A stretch of DNA of 48,065 nucleotides, taken from contig JBFWRP010000024.1 in assembly GCA_050248855.1 (NCBI GenBank), forward strand, positions 21,794 through 69,858. Reading direction: 5' to 3'. The notes under the pieces are model-generated. The model did not search any database and had not been told where the DNA came from. It saw nothing but the letters and a program-made list of their open reading frames with translations. Made by a program: the position numbers and the translations under genes. Shown here in pieces: positions 25,556 to 34,114 of this stretch (the first letter of the stretch is position 1; each line of letters opens with the position of its first letter). Origin of the DNA: Planctomycetota bacterium (lineage in GTDB: Bacteria > Planctomycetota > PLA2 > JAEUHO01).

Positions 25556-25654
25556 GTACGGAGTCGTGTGAGATTCCACCTTCGGGCTGCCCGGCATCTC
25601 CGCCGGCGGGTAGGCGCCGCGGCCCGAGGGTGGAATCTCACCCGACCCCGTACG
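25556..25654. repeat. REP-like family B inverted pair
   Basis: gtacggagtcgtgtgagattccaccttcgggctgc (25556-25590) and gcggcccgagggtggaatctcacccgaccccgtacg (25619-25654), between convergent tatA and tilS. Confidence 0.9.
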
Positions 25655-27029
25655 GGACCGCACCCCCGCGCGGCTCCACGCGCAGGTGCCATGCGTCCTG
25701 CGCCCCCGGTGCGACCAGGAACCGCCGGTCCACGCGCAAGCCCACGACCCACGCGATCTCGCGGTCCGCCTCGACGACCAGCTGCCGCGCGCGCGCAAAG
25801 GCCGGGATCCCGCGCCGCTTCATCCACGCGAGCACGTCCGCCTCGCGATCCGGCTCCCGGCCCGCGGGCCGGAACCGGTCGCCCTCGCGCACCTGCCGCA
25901 GGACGGGACGTGATCCCGCGCGGCGTGCATCGATCCGCGCCACGGCCGCCGCACCGTTGACGTCGGCCCCGTCGTCGGCCGCGCCGCGCCAAGCCGACAT
26001 CCACGCGCGGGGCGCCGCCTCGGCATCCCGCCAGAGCCACGCCCGGGGCCCCCGCGCGTGCAGGCGCACGCCACGCGGCAGGGACATGCCACCGCCTTTC
26101 ACCATCGTGTGGTCCAGGTGGGCGAGGTGCGCCCGCGAGAGCCAGGGGCCCTGCTGGTCCGCGCCGAGCTGGCGGCCGAGCCATCGCCACATCGCTTCGG
26201 CCAGCGGCGCGGTGAGATCGCCCCACGCGGCCCGGTCCAGCTCTACCGCCGACCACAGGGGGCGCATCCGCACGGCGCCACGCAAACGCTTCTGCGCCAC
26301 GCCTTCACGCGCGACCAGGCGCCTCCGCTGCCGCGCGGCGAAGGCCGCGATCCGTGCGTCGTCGCGCGCAGGGTCCTCGCGACCCATCCGCAGGCGGGCA
26401 CGGTCGTGGCGCGCATCGACGTTCGACGGATCCTCGAACCACGCGATCCCGACCGCCTCGAGCACGGCGCGAAGCTCCGCCGGATCCACGTCGAGCAGCG
26501 GCCGCACGAGCGACACGCCCTGCGGCCCGAGCCGGCGGCGCGGCGCCATGCCGCAGAGGCCCGCGCGCCCGCTGCCTCGCCGGGCCCGCAAGCACACCGT
26601 CTCCGCCTGGTCGCGGCGGTGGTGGCCCGTCAGCACGAGGCGGGCGCCCAGCCCGCACGCCACGCGCTCGAGCGTGGCGTAGCGCCAGCGACGTGCGGCG
26701 CCCTCCGTCCGGCGTAGCGCCACGCCGTGCCATGGGGCCGCCGTGTGCACGACGGGCAGGCGCAGTCGCTGGGCCAGCGCGTCGACCGCATCCCGCTCGT
26801 GAAGCGCGGACTCCTCCTCGTGCCACCCATGCGCCACGTGCACGAGCACGAGGCGCCCCGCCGCCTCCGCCCCGAAGCCCCGGGCCACGAGAGCCGCCAA
26901 GGCGCCGCTGTCCGCGCCGCCGCTGACCGCCACCACGAGGGGGCCCTCGCGGGACTCCGGTGCGAGCTCCACGAGACGTCCACGCACGTGCTCGGCCAGC
27001 TGCTCGGGTGTCCTACGGGCTGCGTCCAC
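25638..27029 (-). CDS. tilS: tRNA(Ile)-lysidine synthetase
   Basis: PP-loop VAVSGGADS, EGAARRWRY, TGHHRRDQAET, VRPLL, WFEDPSN, C-terminal REGDRFRP. Confidence 0.93.
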   Translation of the reverse strand: MDAARRTPEQLAEHVRGRLVELAPESREGPLVVAVSGGADSGALAALVARGFGAEAAGRLVLVHVAHGWHEEESALHERDAVDALAQRLRLPVVHTAAPWHGVALRRTEGAARRWRYATLERVACGLGARLVLTGHHRRDQAETVCLRARRGSGRAGLCGMAPRRRLGPQGVSLVRPLLDVDPAELRAVLEAVGIAWFEDPSNVDARHDRARLRMGREDPARDDARIAAFAARQRRRLVAREGVAQKRLRGAVRMRPLWSAVELDRAAWGDLTAPLAEAMWRWLGRQLGADQQGPWLSRAHLAHLDHTMVKGGGMSLPRGVRLHARGPRAWLWRDAEAAPRAWMSAWRGAADDGADVNGAAAVARIDARRAGSRPVLRQVREGDRFRPAGREPDREADVLAWMKRRGIPAFARARQLVVEADREIAWVVGLRVDRRFLVAPGAQDAWHLRVEPRGGAVPYGVG

Positions 27030-27159
27030 GCGCCCATCCTGGGCCCACGCGACGCCGCTCGCCAGCGCGCGGGCAGGGCGCGGGGAGGCGGCCGGCGAGC
27101 GGTAGACTCCCGGCCCCCGCCGGGCCCGCCCCCTGCGCCGCGGGGACCGGAGGAGCGCC

Positions 27160-28158
27160 ATGACGATTCGCGTCGCGATCAACGGGTTCGGCCGCATCGG
27201 CCGCCAGGTCTTCCGCATCCTGAACCAGCAGCCCGATCGCTTCGACGTCGTGGCGGTCAACGACCTCGGCCAGCCCGCCGCGCTCGCCCATCTCCTCAAG
27301 TACGACAGCACGCACGGCACGTTCCAGGGCGACGTGCGCCTGGACGGCGACAAGCTGGCCGTCAACGGCGACACGTTCCCGCTGCTTTCCCAGCGCGATC
27401 CGTCGCAGCTGCCGTGGAAGGCGCTGGGGGCCGATCTCGTGGTCGAGAGCACGGGCGTGTTCCGCGCTCGCGCCCAGCTCGAGCAGCACCTGGCCGCCGG
27501 CGCCAAGAAGGTGCTGCTGACGGTGCCGCCCAAGGACGCCGTGGACGCCTTGGTCGTGCTGGGCGTGAACGACCACACGCTCGAGCCCGGGCACAAGCTC
27601 GTGAGCAACGCGTCGTGCACCACGAACTGCCTGGCCCCCATGGCCAAGGTGCTGCACGAGGCCTTCGGCATCGAGCGCGGCCTCATGAACACGATCCACG
27701 CCTACACGAACGACCAGCGCATCCTGGACCTCGAACACAAGGACCTGCGCCGGGCCCGCTCGGCCGCGCAGAACATCATCCCCACGAGCACGGGCGCCGC
27801 GCGCGCCGTGGGCAAGGTCCTGCCGGAGCTCGCCGGTCGCCTGGACGGCCTCTCGATGCGCGTCCCGGTGTGCGACGGAAGCATCGTGGACCTCACCGCC
27901 GTGCTGGCGCGCGACGTCACGATCGAAGAGGTCAACGCCGCCATGCAGGCCGCCGCCGAGGGCCCCATGATGGGCATCGTCAAGTACGAGACCGACCCGA
28001 TCGTGTCCACGGACGTCATCGGCAGCCCGTACAGCTGCGTCTTCGACAGCCCGCTCACCATGGCCAGCGGCAACCTCGTCAAGGTCTGCGGCTGGTACGA
28101 CAACGAGTGGGGCTACTCGAGCCGCTGCGTCGACCTGCTCGTCAAGATGGCGGGCTGA
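27160..28158 (+). CDS. gap: Type I glyceraldehyde-3-phosphate dehydrogenase
   Basis: INGFGRIGR, SNASCTTNCLAP, WYDNEWGYS. Confidence 0.99.
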   Translation: MTIRVAINGFGRIGRQVFRILNQQPDRFDVVAVNDLGQPAALAHLLKYDSTHGTFQGDVRLDGDKLAVNGDTFPLLSQRDPSQLPWKALGADLVVESTGVFRARAQLEQHLAAGAKKVLLTVPPKDAVDALVVLGVNDHTLEPGHKLVSNASCTTNCLAPMAKVLHEAFGIERGLMNTIHAYTNDQRILDLEHKDLRRARSAAQNIIPTSTGAARAVGKVLPELAGRLDGLSMRVPVCDGSIVDLTAVLARDVTIEEVNAAMQAAAEGPMMGIVKYETDPIVSTDVIGSPYSCVFDSPLTMASGNLVKVCGWYDNEWGYSSRCVDLLVKMAG

Positions 28159-28174
28159 GGCGCCGCGGCGCGCC

Positions 28175-28777
28175 ATGCGCGACGTCGTCGCAGGCGTGCT
28201 CGTCGGGCTGTTCCTGGGCCTTGCCACGATGGGGGCCCTGGAGGCGTTCGCCGCGGTGCTGCCCACCACGCCCGAGCCCGTCGAGATCGTGGGGCGGCGG
28301 GTCCACGAGGGCGCCTCGCCCGCCGTACGCGGCACGATCGACACGGACCGCGAGACCTACCGCGTGGAGCTTCGGCTGGCCGACGGCACGCGGCGGTCGG
28401 TCACGGCCGGACGCGAGCTGTACGACGCCGCGCCCGGTCCAGGGGGCCTGCGCGTCGTGACGTTGGAGCGCTCGCTGCTCCTGGGCAAGCCCGTCCGGCT
28501 CCTGATCCAGGCCAAGCCCTTGCAGATCGAGGGCGAGCTCCTGGCCCGCCTGCTCCCGCCGCGACGCGATCCGCCCGTCGCGGTGCACGCCCTCCTGATG
28601 CCGTGGTGGGTGGCTGCGGGCGCGGCGCTCCTGCTCGGGGCGCTCGGGCTCTACCTGCTCTACCGCGTGACCGTCACCGCCGCCAAGGGCGGCCCGCACG
28701 CGCTCCACCTGCCGCTCGTGCTGCCCGTCGCGGGCCTGGTCGTGGCGCTGGCCGTGCTCTGGTGGGCCCAGGCCTGA
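28175..28777 (+). CDS. Hypothetical membrane protein (about 3 TM)
   Basis: Three hydrophobic segments; fits between gap and rpe. Confidence 0.7.
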   Translation: MRDVVAGVLVGLFLGLATMGALEAFAAVLPTTPEPVEIVGRRVHEGASPAVRGTIDTDRETYRVELRLADGTRRSVTAGRELYDAAPGPGGLRVVTLERSLLLGKPVRLLIQAKPLQIEGELLARLLPPRRDPPVAVHALLMPWWVAAGAALLLGALGLYLLYRVTVTAAKGGPHALHLPLVLPVAGLVVALAVLWWAQA

Positions 28778-28808
28778 CCGCGTCGGCGCACGACGTACGA
28801 TGACGGGC

Positions 28809-29477
28809 ATGAGCCCCGAAGCCGCCGCCGCGACCCGCACCGTCAAGATCGCTCCCAGCATCCTCTCGGCCGACTTCGCCAACCTCGAAGCCGAGATCCG
28901 GGACGTGCTCGAGGGCGGCGCCGACCTGCTGCACCTCGACGTCATGGACGGCCACTTCGTGCCCAACCTCACGTTCGGCGCGCCGGTCGTGAAGAGCATC
29001 CGCAAGGTGACGGACGCCGTGCTCGACTGCCACCTGATGATCGACAACCCGGTCCGGTACGTGCCCGACTTCCTGAGGGCAGGTGCGGACTCGATCTCCG
29101 TGCAGGTCGAGGCGCCGGACGACATCGCGAAGGCCATCGGGCTGGTCCGCGAGGGCGGCGCGCTGGCCGGCATCGTGCTCAACCCCGACACGCCGCTGGA
29201 GCGCATCCGCCCCTACCTCGACGACGTGGGGCTGGTGCTCGTGATGAGCGTGTTCCCGGGCTTTGGCGGCCAGTCGTTCATGCCCGAGGTCCTCGACAAG
29301 GTCCGCGAGCTGAAGGCCTCCGGGTGGCCCGGCGAGATCTCGATCGACGGGGGCATCGCCGAGGCCACCGCGCCGCAGGCCATCGAGGCCGGCGTCGACG
29401 TGATGGTGGCGGGGACCGCCGTGTTCGGCCGCCCCGACCGGGCTGCCGCCATCCGGGCACTGCGCAAGGGCCGCTGA
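28809..29477 (+). CDS. rpe: Ribulose-phosphate 3-epimerase
   Basis: IAPSILSADF, HLDVMDGHFVPNLTFG, MSVFPGFGGQSF, IDGGI; start 28800 or 28809. Confidence 0.97.
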   Translation: MSPEAAAATRTVKIAPSILSADFANLEAEIRDVLEGGADLLHLDVMDGHFVPNLTFGAPVVKSIRKVTDAVLDCHLMIDNPVRYVPDFLRAGADSISVQVEAPDDIAKAIGLVREGGALAGIVLNPDTPLERIRPYLDDVGLVLVMSVFPGFGGQSFMPEVLDKVRELKASGWPGEISIDGGIAEATAPQAIEAGVDVMVAGTAVFGRPDRAAAIRALRKGR

Positions 29478-29565
29478 CGCCGATCGTCGCGGGCCCCGGC
29501 GACCTCGGGGGCGGCCCCCGCGCGCCTCCGGGCTACACTCCCCCCTCCGGAGTGGAGCCCGATCC

Positions 29566-30432
29566 ATGGCGTTCTTCCGCCGCAAGAAGGACATCCCCCA
29601 AGGCCTGTGGATGAAGTGCCCGAGCTGCGGGCAGATGCAGTTCACCAAGGCCGTCGAGGACAACCTGTCCGTCTGCCCGTCCTGCGACTTCCACCTCAAG
29701 GTCAACGGGCCGACACGCATCGCCCAGCTGCTGGACGAAGGCTCCGTCGAGCGCTTCGCCGAGGAGCTCGAGCCCGTCGACGTGCTGGGCTTCCAGGACG
29801 AGGGCGGCTCCTACGGCGAGAAGCTGGCCAAGACCCGCCAGAAGACGGGCGTCACCGAGGCCGTCTCCGTCGCCCGCGGCACGCTGAACGGTCACCCCGT
29901 CACGATCGCCGCCATGGACTTCAGCTTCCGCGGCGGCAGCATGGGCGTGGTGGTGGGGGAGCGCATCGCGCAGGCGGCCGACGACGCGTTCGCGCGCAAG
30001 GTCCCGTTGATCGTCGTCGCGACGTCCGGCGGCGCCCGCATGCAGGAAGGCGCGCTGTCGCTCATGCAGATGGCCAAGACGAGCGCCGTCCTCGCGCGCC
30101 TTCGCGAGGCGAGCCTGCCCTACATCGCGATCCTCGCCGACCCGTGCACGGGCGGCGTCAGTGCGTCCTTCGCGGCCCTGGGCGACGTGACCCTGGCCGA
30201 GCCCGGAGCCCTCATCGGCTTCGCCGGTCCGCGCGTCATCCAGAACACCATCCGCACACAGCTGCCCGAGGGCTTCCAGCGCTCGGAGTTCCTCCTGCAG
30301 AAGGGCTACATCGACCGCATCGTCCATCGCCGCGACCTCAAGAAGGACGTCGGCATGCTGCTCGACTACCTGGCCCCCAAACGCCCCGCCGCGACCGAGG
30401 AGCCCGCGCCCGCCACCGGCACGCACGGATGA
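29566..30432 (+). CDS. accD: Acetyl-CoA carboxylase carboxyltransferase beta subunit
   Basis: LWMKCPSC..CPSC zinc finger, GGSMG, SGGARMQEG, IGFAGPRVI, LPEGFQRSEFL. Confidence 0.98.
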   Translation: MAFFRRKKDIPQGLWMKCPSCGQMQFTKAVEDNLSVCPSCDFHLKVNGPTRIAQLLDEGSVERFAEELEPVDVLGFQDEGGSYGEKLAKTRQKTGVTEAVSVARGTLNGHPVTIAAMDFSFRGGSMGVVVGERIAQAADDAFARKVPLIVVATSGGARMQEGALSLMQMAKTSAVLARLREASLPYIAILADPCTGGVSASFAALGDVTLAEPGALIGFAGPRVIQNTIRTQLPEGFQRSEFLLQKGYIDRIVHRRDLKKDVGMLLDYLAPKRPAATEEPAPATGTHG

Positions 30433-30923
30433 GCGCCAAGGCCGCGGACCCCGCCCCGACACCGCCGCCCGGGGTGTGCGTCCGTCCGGTGGACGTCGAG
30501 CTGGCGCGGCCCCTGCGCCTCAAGTTCCTGCGCCCCGGCGTGGGCGAGGCTGGCGTGACCTACAAGACCGATGACGAGCAAAGCGCCGAGCACCTGGGCG
30601 CGTGGCGCGACGACGACCTGCTCGGCGTCGTCAGCTTCCACCTCGAGAACCGCGTCGCGGGCGTGGGTCCCTACGGCCACCCTGGACTACGTGCGCGCGG
30701 GCTCGCGCTGGACGAGGCCTCGGAGAACGCCCGCGCCCTCGCCGCCATGCTTCTCGCTGCCGCCCTCGAGGGCGCCAAGCGCCTCGGCGCCGCCGAGCTC
30801 TGGGCCAACGTCCGCCTCCGCCAGATCCCCCTCTTCGAGGCCTCCAGCCTGGTGGCCGTCTCCAGCGAGTTCGACATCCCGGGCCTCGGCGCCCACCGCG
30901 TCCTCGCCCGACCCCTGACGTAG
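30429..30923 (+). CDS. GNAT-family N-acetyltransferase
   Basis: RPLRLKFLRPG, HLGAW, LRARGLAL, ELWANVR, FDIPGLGAH; ATGA overlap with accD. Confidence 0.75.
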   Translation: MSAKAADPAPTPPPGVCVRPVDVELARPLRLKFLRPGVGEAGVTYKTDDEQSAEHLGAWRDDDLLGVVSFHLENRVAGVGPYGHPGLRARGLALDEASENARALAAMLLAAALEGAKRLGAAELWANVRLRQIPLFEASSLVAVSSEFDIPGLGAHRVLARPLT

Positions 30924-30996
30924 CGGCCCGAAGGCTCCGTGCCCCGGACTTGGGGCCTCCGCGACCTGTGGCATCATGCCCGGTCGCAATCGCCGA

Positions 30997-31072
30997 TCCC
31001 CGGTAGCTCAGTCGGTAGAGCGTCGGACTGTTAATCCGCAGGTCGCTGGTTCGAGCCCAGCCCGGGGAGCCA
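30997..31072 (+). tRNA. tRNA-Asn (GTT)
   Basis: 76 nt; acceptor TCCCCGG/CCGGGGA, D-arm GCTCAGTCGGTAGAGC, anticodon loop CTGTTAA, T-arm GCTGGTTCGAGCCCAGC, encoded CCA. Confidence 0.98.
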
Positions 31073-31089
31073 TCCACGCGAAACGTGGC

Positions 31090-31130
31090 TGGCCTTGAGC
31101 GAAGCGTGCGCAGCACGCGTAGTCGAAGGG
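31090..31130. repeat. Palindromic REP-like element downstream of the tRNA
   Basis: CCTTGAGCGAAGCGTGCGCAGCACGCGTAGTCGAAGG folds into an imperfect hairpin; single copy in this window. Confidence 0.45.
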
Positions 31131-31367
31131 CACCCCCGTCCCCCCTCCTGCACGCACGAGACGTCTGGACCCTCGACCTAGAGCGGACGTCGTTGGTATG
31201 CTGCCGGCGCATGGAGGCGACCTCCTCCCAAGCCGGTCCCCGCACAGGGTTCCGACCGCCGGGCCCGGAAGTCCGGCCGCTGCCGAGTACTCGGACAAAA
31301 AGTTCAGAATGTCGTGACACGACTTGGGAGGGCGTTCTCGCCTACGCCATCGGCGTACAATGTGCGA

Positions 31368-31658
31368 GTGCGCTTCGAATGGGACCCCGCGAAGAACGCC
31401 CAGAACCGCAGCAAGCACGGGGTCTCGTTCGAGGAGGCGTCCACCCTGTTCACGGCCAGTACCAACTGGCTGGACTTGGACGACGAAGCCCACAGTGACG
31501 ACGAGCTGCGCTACCGCGCGGTCGGTCCGATCGCGCGCGGGATCGTCCTCGTTGTCTACGTGGAACGTGACGAGGACGTCATTCGCATCATCAGCGCCCG
31601 CCGCGCGACGCCAGGTGAGCGGCGGCTCTACGCGGACTGGATCGCGAGGAACCCATGA
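31368..31658 (+). CDS. BrnT-family toxin (RelE-like ribonuclease)
   Basis: FEWDPAKNAQNRSKHGVSFEEA, HSDDELRY, VIRIISARRAT. Confidence 0.92.
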   Translation: MRFEWDPAKNAQNRSKHGVSFEEASTLFTASTNWLDLDDEAHSDDELRYRAVGPIARGIVLVVYVERDEDVIRIISARRATPGERRLYADWIARNP

Positions 31659-31954
31659 ACGACGACATTCCCGAACTTTCCGAAGCCGACTTCGCCCGCG
31701 CTATTCCAGGCACCGTCCGCCGTCGACTCTGCCGAGGGGACGTTCGTAGCGGCGACGATGTACGTGCCTTGCGCAACTTCGTGGGCATGACGCAAGAGGA
31801 GTTCGCGCGCGCCGTGGGCATCAGCGTGGACACCCTGCAGAACTGGGAACAAGGCCGCCGCCGCCCCCGTGGCGCAGCCGTCGCCTTGATCCGCATCGTC
31901 GCCCGCGATCCCCGCGTCCTCCGGCGCAATCTCTCGGCTTCGACGGCTGACTGA
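31655..31954 (+). CDS. XRE/HTH_3 antitoxin
   Basis: DDIPELSEADFARA N-terminus; VRALR..VGMTQEEFARAVGISVDTLQNWEQGRRRP; ATGA overlap with the toxin. Confidence 0.88.
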   Translation: MNDDIPELSEADFARAIPGTVRRRLCRGDVRSGDDVRALRNFVGMTQEEFARAVGISVDTLQNWEQGRRRPRGAAVALIRIVARDPRVLRRNLSASTAD

Positions 31955-32031
31955 TGCGCCCCATGCGGCCAGGCCCCAGGGACATGGGGCCGTGCTACAG
32001 CCCGGCTCGAGGGTGGCTGTGTCAAACGCTG

Positions 32032-32063
32032 GGTCAGGGGTTCGCACCCAGAGTGGGGAGCCA
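32032..32063 (+). repeat. Degenerate copy of the tRNA-Asn 3' end (att-site scar)
   Basis: ggtcaggggttcgcacccagagtggggagcca vs tRNA 31041-31072 ggtcgctggttcgagcccagcccggggagcca: 24/32 ungapped. Confidence 0.7.
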
Positions 32064-32390
32064 CCCTCTGCTTCGAACAGAGAGAGGCGTAGAGAATGCG
32101 GCGCCGACGCAGCCGCGAAGTGCCGCCACAGGCCCCTGTTTCCGGCCTTGGCGGGGGCGGTCGATTCCGGGCCCTCGACGGCTGACCCGCCGTTGAACAA
32201 CCGACCTCTCCGGGAACCTCTCAAACTCTCCCCTGGCCGCAGAGAGCCGCGGGGCGTTTAACTCAGACGTGCAGGGCGGGGTACACCCTGGGGGTTCGAA
32301 ATGGTGGGGCGGCCGATGGGCGCTGGCCGTGCCACGCTGTTGATGCGACAGCGGGTTGGCGTCCGCTGGGCGGATCCGGAGGTCGTACTC

Positions 32391-33299
32391 GTGCGCAGGA
32401 GCGTCTTCATCGGCCTCGCTGTGCTACTGCTCGCGGCCTGCGGTGAGCAGCCACGCGCCGAGGGCGATTCCGCCCTGCGCGGGCCCGGCATGGACCTGGA
32501 TGCGTCTGCGGACATCACGCCCGGCAGCGAGGTCGTCGGGCCCGTCGCGGCAAGCGTCGCTGCGCGGGAACACCTGATCGGAGCCGTTGTCGGGTCCGAG
32601 GATGTCGGGAGTCAGACCATCGCCGCGATCCAATCGCTCGCTGCATCAGACGCGGCGGCTGATCGGATGTTTGCGGGCGAACATCTGCTCCTGCTGGGGA
32701 TCGATCTCGACCACGCCGTGATTCGAGACTTCGTCCGCACGTTGTCACTCGAGGGCGCGAAGCCCGAGTTCGCCGCCTATGCGCTGCTGGTCCAGGCGGA
32801 GTTGAGCGCGGACGCGGCCGAGCGGTCACGCTTGCTTCGCTCGTCGGACCAGAAGTGGCCAACTGCGTTCTCTGAGAACATCGCTCGCCTCCGCCTTCGG
32901 TACTTCCAGCTGGTGCCCGGCGCTCGGGTTGAGCCAGTCGAGTTCCGGACTGCGAGCGGAACGCTTTCTATTGGTGAGGGGCGCGTGCTGATGTTCTTCA
33001 GCTTGCTCGGCTGCGGCCCGTGTCGCGCCGGCTACGCTGCCATCTCCCAAGGTATCCGCGACTCAGGCGAGCCACCGCGCATCGTGCTGTGCCTGGACGG
33101 TACGCCGGAGCAAGTGGCTACCGCGCTCGGCGAGAACACGTTCCCACACGAGTTGGTCGCATCGAGCAGCACGACCCCCGCCGTGAGAGCGGCGTTCGGT
33201 GTAGATCGCTACCCCCTCTACTTCGTTTTGGATGGCGGCGTAGTGACGTACCGGGGCAATGACCCCGTCGCCGCCCTCTCAGGGGCTCTGGAGAAGTAG
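32391..33299 (+). CDS. Lipoprotein with C-terminal TlpA/thioredoxin-like domain
   Basis: GGAGGT SD; lipobox LAAC; LMFFSLLGCGPCR; FGVDRYPLYFVLDGGVVTYRG. Confidence 0.75.
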   Translation: MRRSVFIGLAVLLLAACGEQPRAEGDSALRGPGMDLDASADITPGSEVVGPVAASVAAREHLIGAVVGSEDVGSQTIAAIQSLAASDAAADRMFAGEHLLLLGIDLDHAVIRDFVRTLSLEGAKPEFAAYALLVQAELSADAAERSRLLRSSDQKWPTAFSENIARLRLRYFQLVPGARVEPVEFRTASGTLSIGEGRVLMFFSLLGCGPCRAGYAAISQGIRDSGEPPRIVLCLDGTPEQVATALGENTFPHELVASSSTTPAVRAAFGVDRYPLYFVLDGGVVTYRGNDPVAALSGALEK

Positions 33300-33417
33300 C
33301 GGTGGCTCGGGTGGACCTCCCGCGCCGCCGGGGCGGGTACGCTCTCAACAGAGCAGATGCGGGCTGTCGAAGGGCAGAGCCGATCCGGCAGGCCACTCGT
33401 GGCCCGGCTTCCACCTC

Positions 33418-33702
33418 ATGCTTGACCGGAGTTCTTGCGCCGTGAACGCTGTCGATGCCGCGAAGCGACGACTGGCCTTCTGGAAGACGATGCGCTGGCT
33501 TCCAGGGGTCGTCTGGGTCGCCAACCTTCTCTGCTTCGCGGGGGCCAAGCTCCTCGGTCATGCGACTGGTGGGTGGCTCGATCTCCCACCGGCCATGCAC
33601 TTTGCAAACATGGCAGTCGTGCTCGCCTGCCTCCTGATCGTCAACCGCGTGGGTCGGGCCGAACGGCTCGTCCAGGAGGCCCAAGAGGACGCGCTGTCCT
33701 AG
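33418..33702 (+). CDS. Small 2-TM membrane protein (start 33418 or GTG 33442)
   Basis: Two hydrophobic helices; bounded by the 25-bp repeats. Confidence 0.6.
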   Translation: MLDRSSCAVNAVDAAKRRLAFWKTMRWLPGVVWVANLLCFAGAKLLGHATGGWLDLPPAMHFANMAVVLACLLIVNRVGRAERLVQEAQEDALS

Positions 33703-33762
33703 TAGCAACTCCCGCGCCGCCGGGGCGGCTACGCTCCCCAGGATGCGTGGCACGATGATCCC

Positions 33763-34062
33763 ATGAGCGAAGACTCGGGGACCGTGTCGAAGGCAGCCAC
33801 GCACAAGCTGTCCCACCTCTCGTTCGCCGGGTGGCTGCTGACGCTGGCCGTGGTCGCGTCCATCGGTCTCGCTGCCCGACCGATCGGTCTATGGGCGTTG
33901 GGATGGATCGATCGAAGTCTGATCCGCCAGCAATGGCCCATCTACCTTCTGGCTGTTCCCGCGCTCTTGGCCGGACTGATTACCTGGGTGATCGGTGCGC
34001 GACTTCTGCGCCGCGCAGGTGTCTTCGTATGGCGAAGCCGACCGCAGGAGCCGAATGACTGA
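33763..34062 (+). CDS. Small 2-TM membrane protein
   Basis: Two hydrophobic helices; bounded by the 25-bp repeats. Confidence 0.65.
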   Translation: MSEDSGTVSKAATHKLSHLSFAGWLLTLAVVASIGLAARPIGLWALGWIDRSLIRQQWPIYLLAVPALLAGLITWVIGARLLRRAGVFVWRSRPQEPND

Positions 34063-34114
34063 CGGTGCCGCGCCGCCGGGGCGGGTACGCTCGTCCGGTG
34101 AAGGGACCGACTAG

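Larger units (their letters stand above)
33320..34092 (+). repeat. Three copies of a 25-bp intergenic direct repeat CCGCGCCGCCGGGGCGG(G/C)TACGCTC
   Basis: 33320-33344, 33712-33736 (1 mismatch), 34068-34092; each 5-20 nt after a stop codon. Confidence 0.95.

Noticed and set aside
31211..31498. Leaderless ORF after TATGCT
   Set aside because: Overlaps brnT out of frame and has no recognisable motif.
33320..34092. CRISPR array or classical integron for the 25-bp repeats
   Set aside because: Intervals of 356-392 bp hold whole ORFs; the repeat lacks GTTRRRY/RYYYAAC boxes and no IntI tyrosine recombinase is present.
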